Shown: positions 1 through 12,500 of the stretch, one piece after another
Layout of the letters: every line of letters begins with the position of its first letter
How positions within the stretch are numbered: position 1 is the stretch's first letter
Assembly (NCBI GenBank): GCA_003568945.1
Contig: BDIP01000045.1
Coordinates: 1 to 36,958 of the forward strand
Length of the DNA: 36,958 nt
Direction of reading: 5' to 3'
Source: Kipferlia bialata
Taxonomy: Eukaryota
Translations under genes and position numbers: made by a program
Notes under the pieces: model-generated
Seen by the model: the letters and a program-made list of their open reading frames with translations, nothing else
Database searches by the model: none
Told to the model about the DNA's origin: nothing

Positions 1-3000
1 CCAGACAGACCTGGCCCATGCAGACCAGAGAGAGACCCTCATGAAGATGCTGGTGACCCCCACCTCACCCCCTGCCATAGTGGAGGGTATGGCACAGAGG
101 GACGCCGCATATGCGGAGAGGCTGGGTGATGTGCTCTCCCCCTACATCAGTGACTACGAGACTGTGGTGCCCAAGATAATGGCACCCGCCAGGTACAGCT
201 CTCATCCAACCCCCCCCCCCCCCACCACCACCACTTTGTGTTGGTACATCCGGTGCTCTCCCTCACCTCCAGAACCTGCCTGTACCAGGTAGGGGTGATT
301 GGCTACTCGGTGTACCACCCCACCTCAGAGGAGGTCAAGGCAGACCTGGTCAGGTGGGAGGGAGTGTGCACTCATCTATCCACATCACATTCATATGCGT
401 CTACTCTCTCCCCCCCCCCTTACCTCAGTGGCAATGCCCGCAGCTACAAGTGCCAGAGTGACCCGTGGCTAGGAGACGGGACTGAGGATGAGGTGGCACC
501 CAATGGCCCTCCCAACCCAGACAGATACGAGTTTGTCACAATCATGCCAGGTACAATGTCTTGACTACTATGCGTCTGCTCCTACTGAGCGGACAGTCTC
601 TCTCAATTTCCGTCCTTACCCCAGGCCTCCGCAACGGTGATGTCATTGAGGTGGGCCCTGAGATTGTGATGAGACTGACACCTGAGGAGCGAGAGAGACT
701 CAGGCTGGAGGAGGAGGAGAGACTCAGAAAGGAGAGGGAAGAGCAAGAGAAAGAGAGACTCCGGAGGCTAGAGGAGGAGAGACAGAGAGTCAAGAGGGAC
801 ATCCTGGCGCCACTCCGGCAGTTTTTGACTGAGCACCACCTGTCTTGCCTCAAGGAGCAGAACGTGGCCCCCCTGCTAGCGACGTTCACCCCCCTCTACA
901 CTGAGTTCTGTGGGAGAGCGTGTGAGCAGTGCATAGCCGGTATGAGTGACGAGGAGCAGGGGCTGTCCAGGGCACTGAGGGTTAGGCTGGACGAGATGGG
1001 CACACAGCTGCACTTCAGAGAGAAAGAGGAGGAGAATATGCGCCAGATCATAGCAGAGCTCAAGGCTCTGCCTGTGGTGGTAGATGAAAGGTGAGTGATG
1101 GGTTGTGGTATTCTTCGTTACTTGCCATGCTAACACACCAGGTTCGATGATGTGGATGAGGAGCTGGCCGTTATTGCTCTGCGGCTGAAGCGTGCAGACC
1201 CCACTAGTCGCAAGGCATCAACACTGACAGCGGGGAGAGATGCTCTGCTGGCCGAGAAGCATGCGATGGAGGAGACCACGGTGAAGGCTAGATCCCTATT
1301 GTCCAGTCTGACCCGTCGCCACATGTTCCATCCCGAGGCAAAAGAGGTAGAACTGATGGATAGGAATATGGAGATTCACACACGCATACATACTCTGATT
1401 CCAGGTTATCGACTCCAACCCCCTTCTGCATCCGCTGGAGAACACCCGACTGGCCCCCTTCGCCAAGGCCTGCCTCAGCATACCTCTCCACAGGTTCAGT
1501 CCATCTGCCTTTGAGGGTGTCAGCCGCACCACCCTGCTGCAGGGAGTGCACCCCGACTCCAGGGTGCCTGTGGTGCTCAAGGGGTACGACCTCAGCGACA
1601 GGGACCAGGTGGAGCATGCCAGGAGAGAGGTGTCTGTGTTCGAGGCAGTCCAGGACTCGCACGTCGTGCCCTACCTCGGTCTGGTTCTAGACACTGGCAT
1701 GTGCTATGTCGTGACAGAGAAGTACGACTGCAACCTGCTGCAGTTTTTGAAGCACCAGAACCCCTCGGTAGAGACACGCAGGTTCATTGCCAGAGAGATT
1801 CTGCTGGGCATGGCCGCCCTGGAGGGACAGCGTGTGGTACACCGTGACATCAAGCCCCAGAACGTCCTTGTCAAGCACCACGGACACTCAGTGACGGGGG
1901 TGGTCCTCGCAGACTTTGGCATCTCCAAGAACAAGCAGGACTATGTCACCACCCTGCAGCGGACCTCTTCAGCCACCATGCTCTTCTGTGACCCTGAATC
2001 GCTGAGTACCCTCACCTTTGACTCCCTCTCCGACATCTACTCCTACGGCCGCACCATGCAGGTGCTGTTCTGCGACAGAGAGCACCTCGACAACCTGCTC
2101 TGGATGCACGGGGAGAACAGGTTCTCGAGCACCCAGGTAGGGTCCTCCGAGTGCAACTGCATCAACCACTGCTTGGGCCCCAAGGCAGACCGCATCTCAG
2201 CCCACCACATGGCTGCGTCGGGACTGTTCAGGACATGCCCCGGCCAGAAGGGAGGGGCAGTGGCTGACGCAGCGCTTGCCCGTGTGGACCACCTGCGTGC
2301 CGAGTGCTGGAAACGTGTGCACAAGGTCAGGAGCGACGCTGATACTGTGCCCTGCACTGCGGAGTCCCTCCTCAGGCACTTCACACCCGCAGAGGGACAG
2401 GCCCTGTCGGATGCTGGGTACTGCCGTATAGAGGTGTCAGACGCAGGGGGAGATGGGGAGTCTCCACTGCGCGCCATGCTATCAGCCCTTCAGATCCCCG
2501 TTCTGGTTGATGGCCACATGGTGAGACTGCTAGAGCCAGCAGGAGAGGGAGAGTTCCCCCTGATCCCGTCCCTAGCGGCATGCACCATCATGCAGGACAA
2601 TGACGCGGGGGTGGACATTCGGAAGACCCTCTGTGACTACTACTTCTCATTCGGTCGCTTCCTCGCCTTCCAGCTAGTGGAGGGGTCCCTCCCCCACGGC
2701 ATGCTGGGTCTAGCTGTGCTTGCTGCCATGAGAGGTGACATCAACACCCTGCTGCAGGATAAGGCAGCCACGTCCCGGGTGTTTGCATCCACGTTCCCAG
2801 ATCAGCGCCACTATCTACTGGGTCTCCTAGGCTCCAAGTTGGAGGAGTCAGACCCTACCTCTTTCGACTCTATCCCTGGGTCACCTGAGTCTGATGAGGT
2901 GCTGACGAGGCACAACACGGAGGCCTTTGCCACGCTGTTTGAGTCCTGCTATGTGAGGCTGATGATGGAGGCAGGGGTGGAGATCCACAGAGGCTTCTGC

Positions 3001-3742
3001 TCCCTGCACCCAGAGTGGGCCGAGGCCACTGCCGCCCTGACCCTGGACCAGTTCCTCGCTGCCTCTGTCTCCATGGCTCCCTTCACAGCAGACAAGTACA
3101 CAGCAGTGTTCACCATAGAGAGTGAGAGACTAAGAGACGCATTCAAGGTGTTTGTGGAAAGCCAGCTGGCCCTACACAACGACACTCTGCTGCGCCTGGT
3201 GCTGGTGTTTGCAACCAGCTCTCCCATGCTACCCCACAGCAAGGTGCTCAAGTATCCAAATACATCATATATGTGGTAAGTCTATTCCACTCACCTCTAG
3301 ATCACCTTGGAGCTGGCTGAACATGCCGACCGCCTGGCCCTGCCCTTTGCCTCTCAGTGCACGGCCACAATCACTGTCCCCGACACATGCCTAGACAGGC
3401 TGGACCTGGCACTGCAGGTACCAGATGTCACATGTCAGTTTGGGTATAGCTATATTAGTGTCTTGGCACCCACCCCAGGACAGCTGTGACGCTGCGGGTA
3501 TCTCCCTGGGCGACGGCACACGCAGCAGGCAGGCCGCGGTGGCAGAGCTCAACCAGGAGCTGAACCGGTTCCGCATCCTCTCTGACCGCACCCGCACCTG
3601 CCCCAGCTGTGGGGTGGCGGTGCACAGGACAGGGGGGTGCAACCACATGCACTGCCACTGTGGGAGGCACTGGTGCTGGGAGTGCGGCTTTGTAAGCACC
3701 TGCAGGGGACCGGTCTATACCCACATGGTGAGTGAGCACTGA
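1..3742 (+). CDS. Multidomain protein, 5'-partial: coiled coil, Ser/Thr-type protein kinase, HECT-like E3 domain, RBR RING2/Rcat domain
   Basis: Phase-consistent GT-AG exons: <1-192, 273-353, 429-550, 625-1090, 1142-1346, 1405-3243, 3301-3417, 3479-3742. Kinase motifs VVLK, HRDIKPQN, DFG, DPE, DIYSYG. HECT C-lobe-like LLRLVLVFATSSPMLP...ITLE...LPFASQC. Rcat-like CPSC...GGCNHMHCHCGRHWCWEC. Confidence 0.85.
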
Positions 3743-4238
3743 GGAATGTGAGGGATTGTAACGTCTAGGAGTCTCTGGGAGGTTTCCTGGCCTGGCTCTT
3801 TGGAAAGAGCTAGACATGTGTGTATGCTGTGTCCAAGTAGTTGTGTGTCGTTTGTGTGAGTGTTCCGCTTCCAGCATAGTGGTTGGATATATACCCCATG
3901 ACAGAGTAATCAGTTCCCAGCGGAATTATTATTCGAGTTATCCGAGACTATATGTGGTCATAGAGTGTCTAATAGATAGAGTGAGTCACACGACCCCGAA
4001 CCCTTTCTGTTTTTGCGGATGATGACAAAAAGACTAAAGGGTGTAGCCATACTGTCTAGTCCAAATACACGACCATCCATCTACTCTACATCAGAACCCA
4101 CTCAAGTTCGGCACAAGGCTACCCTTCTAATCTGCTGTCTTGATGGGATACCACGAGCGTCAAGGCACGCCAACTGGGCGCCGTGGCTCCGCCGCCTCGC
4201 CTTGGACAGAGACTGTTGACCCCCTGTCATCAGACTAC

Positions 4239-4502
4239 ATGTCAGGTCGTGGCACTGCTGGGGTGGGACAGAGCTTCATGGTCCAGGTCGCAGCACCCGC
4301 TGCTGCCACGGCTACGGTGAATGCTGCAGGTGCTGGAGGCACCCCTGGTGTTGGGGCTGCACCACCCGCCAACACCCCTCTACACGATTCCTCTACTGCC
4401 CCCTCCGCCCTTGACACTGCCAATGAGGGTGACCAGACACCAGAGGGAGATGCTGGTGGGCCAGAGTCCCCCCAGGATGCTGTAGGTAATGGTATCCTTT
4501 GA
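4239..4502 (+). CDS. Probable first exon(s), Ala/Pro/Gly-rich; may be the transporter N-terminus, linkage unresolved
   Basis: ATG at 4239 gives MSGRGTAGVGQSFMVQ...AVGNGIL with GC-rich, coding-like composition. I found no phase-consistent splice path across the poly-C run at 4635-4719. Confidence 0.4.
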   Translation: MSGRGTAGVGQSFMVQVAAPAAATATVNAAGAGGTPGVGAAPPANTPLHDSSTAPSALDTANEGDQTPEGDAGGPESPQDAVGNGIL

Positions 4503-4630
4503 GTATGATTATGACTCACTTCCTTGTCATACAGTGACCCTCTACTGTATACACGGTCATGATTTCCACAGAGTTCTGTGCAGGTGGTATAGGCCTTCCA
4601 CACACACATACATAGTGACTCTGCCTTTAT

Positions 4631-4634
<4 letters not shown>

Positions 4635-4678
<44 letters not shown>

Positions 4679-4719
4679 CCCCCCCTTTCCCCCCCCCCCC
4701 CCCCCCCCCCCCCCTTCCC
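4635..4719. repeat. Poly-C homopolymer
   Basis: About 85 nt of nearly pure C. Confidence 0.95.
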
Positions 4720-4786
4720 AATTTGGCACACTCTACTAGTATCAGTATCAGTTTGACTTCTACCACTGCCTCTCCTCTCCCCCCAG

Positions 4787-7700
4787 GCCGGTATCTTCCT
4801 GGGCGTCTTCCTCATGGTTGCATGTGTGCTGCTGCACAGAGCATCACTCCGGTATGTATATATATATATGCATTACATATGCACCAATATATATATACTC
4901 CACTCTCCCTATATGGTATGGTGGGTATGTGTGCTGCTGCACAGATCATCACTCCGGTACGTGCCTAAGAGTAAGTACATACACTCTCCCTTTATATATG
5001 TACTCATCCCTCTCCCTCCCCCTCACCCCAGTGTGCTTGTCAGCATCACCACCATCACAGGTGCAGCCACATACAAGGACATCGTCAGGTATGTGTGAAT
5101 ATGAGTATATGAATTACTATGTACATATACTATGTAGTCACATTGTGCAAGGACATCGTGTGATCCTCTCTCTCTATATATATGTTGAGTATGCCATTGT
5201 GTTCTCACCTCAGATGGGCCGTTGGTCCCAAGACTGCCTTCCTCGTCCCCCTCTTTGGCAGTTCCATCTACCTCACAGGGTGCACAGTATATTACATGGT
5301 GGCAGGTATAGATAGGCTCTATGGAGTAGGATATAATATATACATATATGTACTTGTACATACTATCGCATGATAATACTACATGGTGGGCAGATGTCTA
5401 CCTGACGGGGTAACACAGTCTACTACATGGTGGCAGGTATAAATAGAACACACTAGTTAGATATGTATATACATACTATGTATGTATATATGGTTCCATC
5501 TATCTCACTGGTGCACAGTCTACTACATGGTGGCAGGTATATATACATATGTATATATATATATATATATATCTATTTATATTTGTATATGTACTACATG
5601 GTGGCAGGTGTGGATAGATATAGATATATAGTTTCTATTGTAGGTATCAGTGGCTTCTCAGTCTATAATAGAGTCTCTCCTCCCACCCCAGGTGAGTACT
5701 TCTCCCAGCTGTTCCCCTCCGTCCACCTGGCAGCAGCCAGGATCATAATGTGAGTGGACATGAAGTGCATACTTATTCCTATACATATCTAGTCACTCTC
5801 TTATGTACATATCCACTCCCATGTCCATCCCCATCTCCTGTGAAGTTATACACACCATATATTGTATATTCACCCTCACCATCCCCATCCCTTAGTGTTA
5901 TCACTATATTATTGTGTGTAATCACTCACTGTATTTATCTCTGTCTCACCCCCAGGTCTATCCCCATGTTCTGTCTGTCCCTCCTGCCATCCCTCGAGAG
6001 GTACGTATTGCACTGTGTGTTTACCACATCATATGTATATATGATATAATTATCCATTGGTCCATACCTCGAGATGAACTGTCATTTGCACACTTCTTTC
6101 AGTCGGTCATATGGATGCCTCCAATCTTCATTGACCCCAAGCTCTCTGTTGTCTCCCATCATATCATATACAACCGTAACATATACCAAGAATTACTACC
6201 ATATCTATTGTTATAACCCCCCAGGCTCTCTGTCGTGTCTCTGTTTGCCATCGTGGCTGCCGTCTGCTCAGTCTGTTTTGTGGCAGGCACATTTGTGCTG
6301 GCAGTCTTTAGGGTGAGTAGTATTCAGTTGCTTCAGTATATGCATTCCCGTCGTGACACCTCTCACTGTGTAGAATGAGCTGAACCCTGTGTGGCTACCA
6401 GAGCACCCAGCCACGGCCATCAGCAACTGCTTCTCACTCATGTCGGGGGCATTCGGAGGTAAATATATAGAGTATTGTATATATTATATATACATATATA
6501 TACCTTTATATATGTGTGTGTCGGGGGCATTCGGAGATAGGGTACTGTGAAAGACATCTATGTGAAAGATGGATTATTTGTATCTGTACTGCGTAATAGT
6601 GATAGAGCTGTGATAGAGCTTACACCCAGGCGAGTTCATCATTGTGATGCTGTACACCAACATGGCAGCCAGGCACCAGTCGGAGAGGCAGAACAAGATG
6701 AAGAGGGTGAGATATGTATATGTATATATATATATGTGTGTGTGTGTGTGTATATACACTATGATTAATGAACAAGATGAAGAGGGTGAGATATATGTAT
6801 ATGTGAATGACACGACTATGTATAGTATATACACTCTCCACCTGGTTGCCATCTTTGCCTGTAACATATATATAGATAGTACATGCATATCAACATGTCA
6901 TATAGTGTTTATAGTACATGCCCTATCCTCACTTCAGGTCATCAACAACTCCCTGGGTGCCATCTTTGCCTGTAACATACTGATGGGGGCATGTGGCAGT
7001 CTCATGTTCGGAGCAGACACAGACCCTAACCGTACGTATCAGAGTATTATATACATGTATATGTATGTAGAGGGAGAGAGAGCGAGAGAGAGAGATAGAG
7101 AGAGAGTGGTCTCAAGTTCGGACCTGACACAGGCCCTAACATATATGCAGGGAGAAGATGTATAACAATACGTGTGTAGAACAGACTGGGATCCCACTTG
7201 TTGGTGCATCCGTATCTCTCTCTCTCTCTCTCTCTCTCTCTATGAGTGTATATACCTAACTGTCAGTACCCGTGAAATTCCTCTCTCTCTCTCTCTCTAT
7301 ACCTGACCTCCAGTGCTCATGAACTTCCCCAGCACCAACATCCTGTGCAACGTAGTCAAGGTTAGTATGGGCGAATATCTACACATCAGTTGTATCAATT
7401 GAATTCGGTTCTGTCTATATGTCCCCCCATCCCCCTCCTCACCCCAGGTCATGATGCTCGTTGTCCTGACCTGCTCCTACCCACTGCTCATGGCCATCAT
7501 CGGAATGTCAGTCGGTACGTGGGTATACGATATATACACCCTTAGTAACCTGACTGACAACCCCCTCTGATTCCAAAGTCATGGTTGCATTTCGACCCAT
7601 AATTACGGTTTCTATAGTGTTCAGTGTCAATAATTCTCACTCCCCTAGCGACATGACTGGCACACCCGAGCTTATATGATGATAGCATAGTTGTAATTGC

Positions 7701-8152
7701 TATCATGTGTTATCATGTGTGAGAAATGACTGAATATTGTCCTCTCAACATAGGCGACATGACTGGCAAGCCCCTGACCAACCGGCAGCGCATCACAGTA
7801 CTCACAGTGCTCTATGGAGGTACAATTGTTCTTAGATCTCTTTATATGTGCGGAAACAGTGTCATATAGTTATGAGTACATCTCCACCCCACATAGTGCC
7901 ATTGGAGAGTACCCGTATGAATCTCTCACCCCCAGTTGTGAGTGTGATTGGCAACGTGGCTGACTCCATCGCCTCCATCCTGTCCTTCACATGCGGCACC
8001 AGTGGGTCCATGGGTGAGTATTAATATATGCATATGTATGTGTGTATGTATACATGTATATATATACATTGCATCCACCCTGTCATTTACATGCGGCACT
8101 AGCGGGTCAATGGGTGAGTGGATGACTATGTGTATACAGAGTACATCATACT

Positions 8153-8190
<38 letters not shown>

Positions 8191-9262
8191 GACCCCCAGT
8201 GTACTACATCCTGCCAGGCATCATCTCATTCAGAACAAGGCCCGCAAAGGTAGGGATATGTATATACTGTGAATATTCTCCCATTCCACAAGTACTCTCT
8301 TCAGCGGGGTGTGTCTCTGAGTCATGAATGAATGCAGTCCATAGTATCTCTAACCCCCAGGTCCTGCCCCCTGTCCTGGGCACCTCTCAGCTGGGACCCA
8401 GCCAGGTATGTATATATATATATACCCAAATATATACACTGTGATGAATGGGGACCTGACCCTGACTGTACACTTCCTGTTGATACTCTACCTCACCCCC
8501 AGCACAGGAACTACGATGTCATTGGCAGTCCCCCTCCCTCCCTTCCAGCCTCACAGGAGGTCAGCGAGGTATGTGTATACTCTCCCGATATATACCAGTG
8601 GGAAGGCGTGAAGTGTTACTCTTAGTACTGAGTCCCCCCCCCCCCATCTAACACACCCAGGCCTCCTGTGTGCTGGGAGATGTCGAGGAGGCTAGGGGTG
8701 TGTGCATATCACCAGCGGCAGGTATGGGACATTGTTTCTAGTACCTGGATGTTGAGTACTAATATGTCTAAATTCGAGTGTATTGTATGTTCACTTCATC
8801 GGCTCTTACCCCCAGCTGATGGCATTGCGCCCTTTGGGTTTGTGGCACCATCTACAGATGCCCCAGAGTCACTAGGTATATGGATATATGTATTGTATCT
8901 ATAGCTCTATTGTATGTATACATATATGCATACTTGTGTTTGTGTAAGTATGTAAGTGGGACTGATTGACCTGCTGATGCAACCGAGGTGTTAATGTTGT
9001 CATTGCTTTACTTCTTTTACATGTGTACTAACCCCCAGGCGACGTGACTGAGGTTGTTGTGTCTGTCCCCACTGAGGCAGAGAGAGAGGCTGAGATGACA
9101 AAGAGGAGGGAGAGCACCCTCAGCACCTCTAGCTTTGAGGAGTCTTCACTGAGTGGGTATGAGCTACCACCCCTGCAGATCACGTGGATAGGGTGCACAC
9201 TCATAGCAACGGGGGTGGTTAACGCTATCCTCAAGACCAGTGAGGTCATCATGATGATGTAG
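4787..9262 (+). CDS. Amino acid transporter, Aa_trans (AAAP/SLC38-like) family; about 18 exons, 5' end unresolved
   Basis: Phase-consistent GT-AG exons spell AGIFLGVFLMVACVLL, GAATYKDIV, SIPMFCLSLLPSLERLSVVSLFAI, MGACGSLMFGADTDPNLLMNFP, LTCSYPL, SILSFTCGTSGSMVYYILPG, and a final TM segment ending MMM-TAG at 9260-9262. Confidence 0.85.
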
Positions 9263-9278
9263 GGGGAGAGAGAGAGCG

Positions 9279-9309
<31 letters not shown>

Positions 9310-9598
9310 GAGGTTGATTAGGTGATTAGTATCCCATGTGCCCCAGTGTGTGTTGGGGTTGGGAACTCTACCCTGAGTCTCATCGTTGGGATGGGATCAG
9401 TGGTACTACCAACGTTAGCGTGTATGATTATAGCATTAACATAAGTGTCATGGTCTGGTGTAGAGATGTGTTGGCAGACAGCGTGACACGTATAGTATAT
9501 GACTGGGTGAAATATAATAGATGACCCACTTAACAATCAGTGAATTCAGTCAAGTCATTTATTGAGGTATGGCCACTACCACCTCTCTCTCTCTCTCC

Positions 9599-12500
9599 CT
9601 AACACTGGGCCTCCGTGTATATCACCCTCTCGCACCCATGTACCCCCCTCTCAGAGTATGGTATGCACACATCACCCTCTGCCCTGACACACCACACATC
9701 CAGCTGGTCTATGCACTCATCGCATGTGAGGTCAGAGGCAGGGGGTGATACAGGGGGGTCTACTGATCCACCAGGACAATCACCTGTGGTGTATACCACC
9801 CTCTCACAGTTGTGGACACCCCTCTCTGAGTAGGGCACACAGATACTCTCGGACTGGGTGCGCTCACACCACACATCTAGGGCATCTATGCACTCAGTGC
9901 AGTCAGAGGAGGTGGGGGGCTCTACGGGTGGTTCCACTGGTGGCTCTACTGGGGGTTCCACTGGTGGCTCGAGTCCATAGACTAGAGAGTAGACTGGGGA
10001 CACATGGTGGTACCTGAAGGTGGGATACAAGGGGACGCACAATAAATATTTGCAAATATATATATATATATATGTTGCATACCTCCCCGGGTGTCCGTGG
10101 CATGGCTTCTGTCCACATGGCACTATGTACAGCTGTTCCTCAGCAGACTGGGCTGGGGAGAAGTACCTTAGGGTTAGGCATACTAATTACAAGATCTCAT
10201 GGCATACTACTCTACATAAACACTCTGTATGCTGGATAGCAAGTACCTAGGAGTGTACTCGTACAGACCACAGGACATGTCCACACCCGTGTCAACCACC
10301 CTAAAGGCACTGCTTGTGACACCCTTTGAGTATATGTCCACACACTCATAGCGGGACCCAAGGTTACAAGACGAAGAACAGGAGCCAGGGCCTGGGGGTT
10401 GATAAGTATTGTAAAGAATACCAGTAACACTTGTGTACTTGTCACATATACAATACTCTCCCACCTGTCACCTCACACCCTGTGTCCAGTATCACATCAT
10501 ATGGCACCAGACCCCTGAGTGTCTCCTGGAAGGAAGGTCTCTCGATCCTGGTCTTCTGGGGGTGTAAGTATAGTGTCAATATAGATATCGTAACAATGTG
10601 AAGTAAGTACCTGCTATGCTATATGGCTGAGCATCGCGTATATATTGTATCATGGGTACCTGCACCACCCCTCTGAATGTGACCTGTACATCCTCTATAT
10701 AGGTGGTGTCCTCGGGGTAGTTGTCGGCCAGGGTGACCTAGAGGGTGAGACAGTGTCATTCGCACATATATAGTATGTAAACGAGCGACTCATTGTCAAT
10801 AACACGCCAGATAATACTTCCTGATGATACACATAGTCCCCACCTTCCAGAGTCCGTCTGCCCCCTCGTACCACTGTCTCACAGAGTAGAAGGTGAAGTC
10901 ACCTGGTTGTCAGAAGGGGGGGTACGAGGAGGGAAGTGTTTACACTCTACCTACCCTGATAGTCATGCCACTCTCCCTGGCAGAGGCATAATTACTAGTA
11001 TGAACACTAACATATATGTATATACTTACAGACATATGTCTACACATACCTATCCTGATTTCCCCTGCCCCACTGTCACTGGGTCTAGCAGGCAGCATCT
11101 CTGAGACAGTGCCATCTGGTGACTCTAGGGTGATGGAGAGGTCACCGAAGTACTGGGTGGACCCACTGAAGGAGACCTGGGGTTAGAATACATCACTCGA
11201 GTAGGTGACCAACCACTGCATGACATACACGGTGACTCGAAATACTGCCTTCTTAGTAACTGCGATTATACAGATATGCCCCGTACCATGACCTGCTCCA
11301 CCCTGAGTGAACCGTTGACCCTGAAGTTGGCAGTCACACCTGGGGGTGGGAAGAGGAGAGGAGGGTGTGTAAAACACATCTTGTCTGTACGACATCAGGA
11401 TATTCAACACCTGATTCATAGACGACGTGGACCGCTAGTATGGGTATGAATATATGTATAGCACAACCCCTACCATCTGGGTCATTTTGGGGCAGGTTCA
11501 TGTTGACTGACTTGGTGCCTGAGAACTCTCGGTAGGAGGGGAGGTCAGTAATGCGGCACTCCTAAGGATGAGGGTACAATAGACACACAAACACATATAT
11601 ATATATATATGTATGTAGGCTGCCCATCCCCCCACCTTTACATAGTCCATGACTAATAGGGTTAGGGTACAATTAACACACACACAATAAATGTATGTGT
11701 GAATGAATGTATGTAGTGAGTACGTCACCTTTACATAGTCCATGACGGCATCTGCATCCACAAGGCCAAACCCATGGTAGGGGCTGTGCTCAAAGCCTGA
11801 CACATCAGATACCTATGGGGGGGTTATTAGTAATATACAGTGGGAACTGTGTTAAACGCCATAGTCTACCTAGAGCATTCCTCTGCCCATTACATACACA
11901 TATAGGTTTGTGTTATGTACCTAATGCGTTCCGCTGCCACGTGTCTGCCTTGCTGTTGTATCGAGACTGGTCTCTGTCCATGTTGACACTCGTGGCTGCT
12001 AGGGCATACTGGGACATCCGAAGGTCGAGGGCTAGGAGGTGAGAGACATAATAAGATCAATATAGGCACATATATGTGTGAGCTCCATACACCCACCTGG
12101 CTCCTCCTCCTTGGCCAGTGTCATGACCCCGGCCACCATGGGACAGGCCGCAGAGGTGCCTGGAAAAATAGGCCTAGATATGTATATACAAATATATGTA
12201 TATAGGTATATATATAGGCATGTAAACACACGGTCACCATGGGACACGCGGCACAGTTGCCTGATGTCAATATATAGATATTAGTTACGTGATATATATA
12301 TGTATATGTCCATATAAATTCATTAGGGATAGGCAGCCCTTGTGCCTAGGATGAGACAAAGAATCATAGATATACGGATGTATGTGGAGGCATGTGTCTA
12401 TAGGGCCATGTTGCCATGGGAAAGCAAGGCATTACAGATAGTACCATTCAGAATCTACAGCCCACCCACCACTGAATCCGTCCTCGCAGAAGTCTGCGTT

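Noticed and set aside
4235..4968. Poly-Pro and poly-Gly ORFs (formin- or extensin-like)
   Set aside because: They are translations of the poly-C homopolymer; the same applies at 20070-20764.
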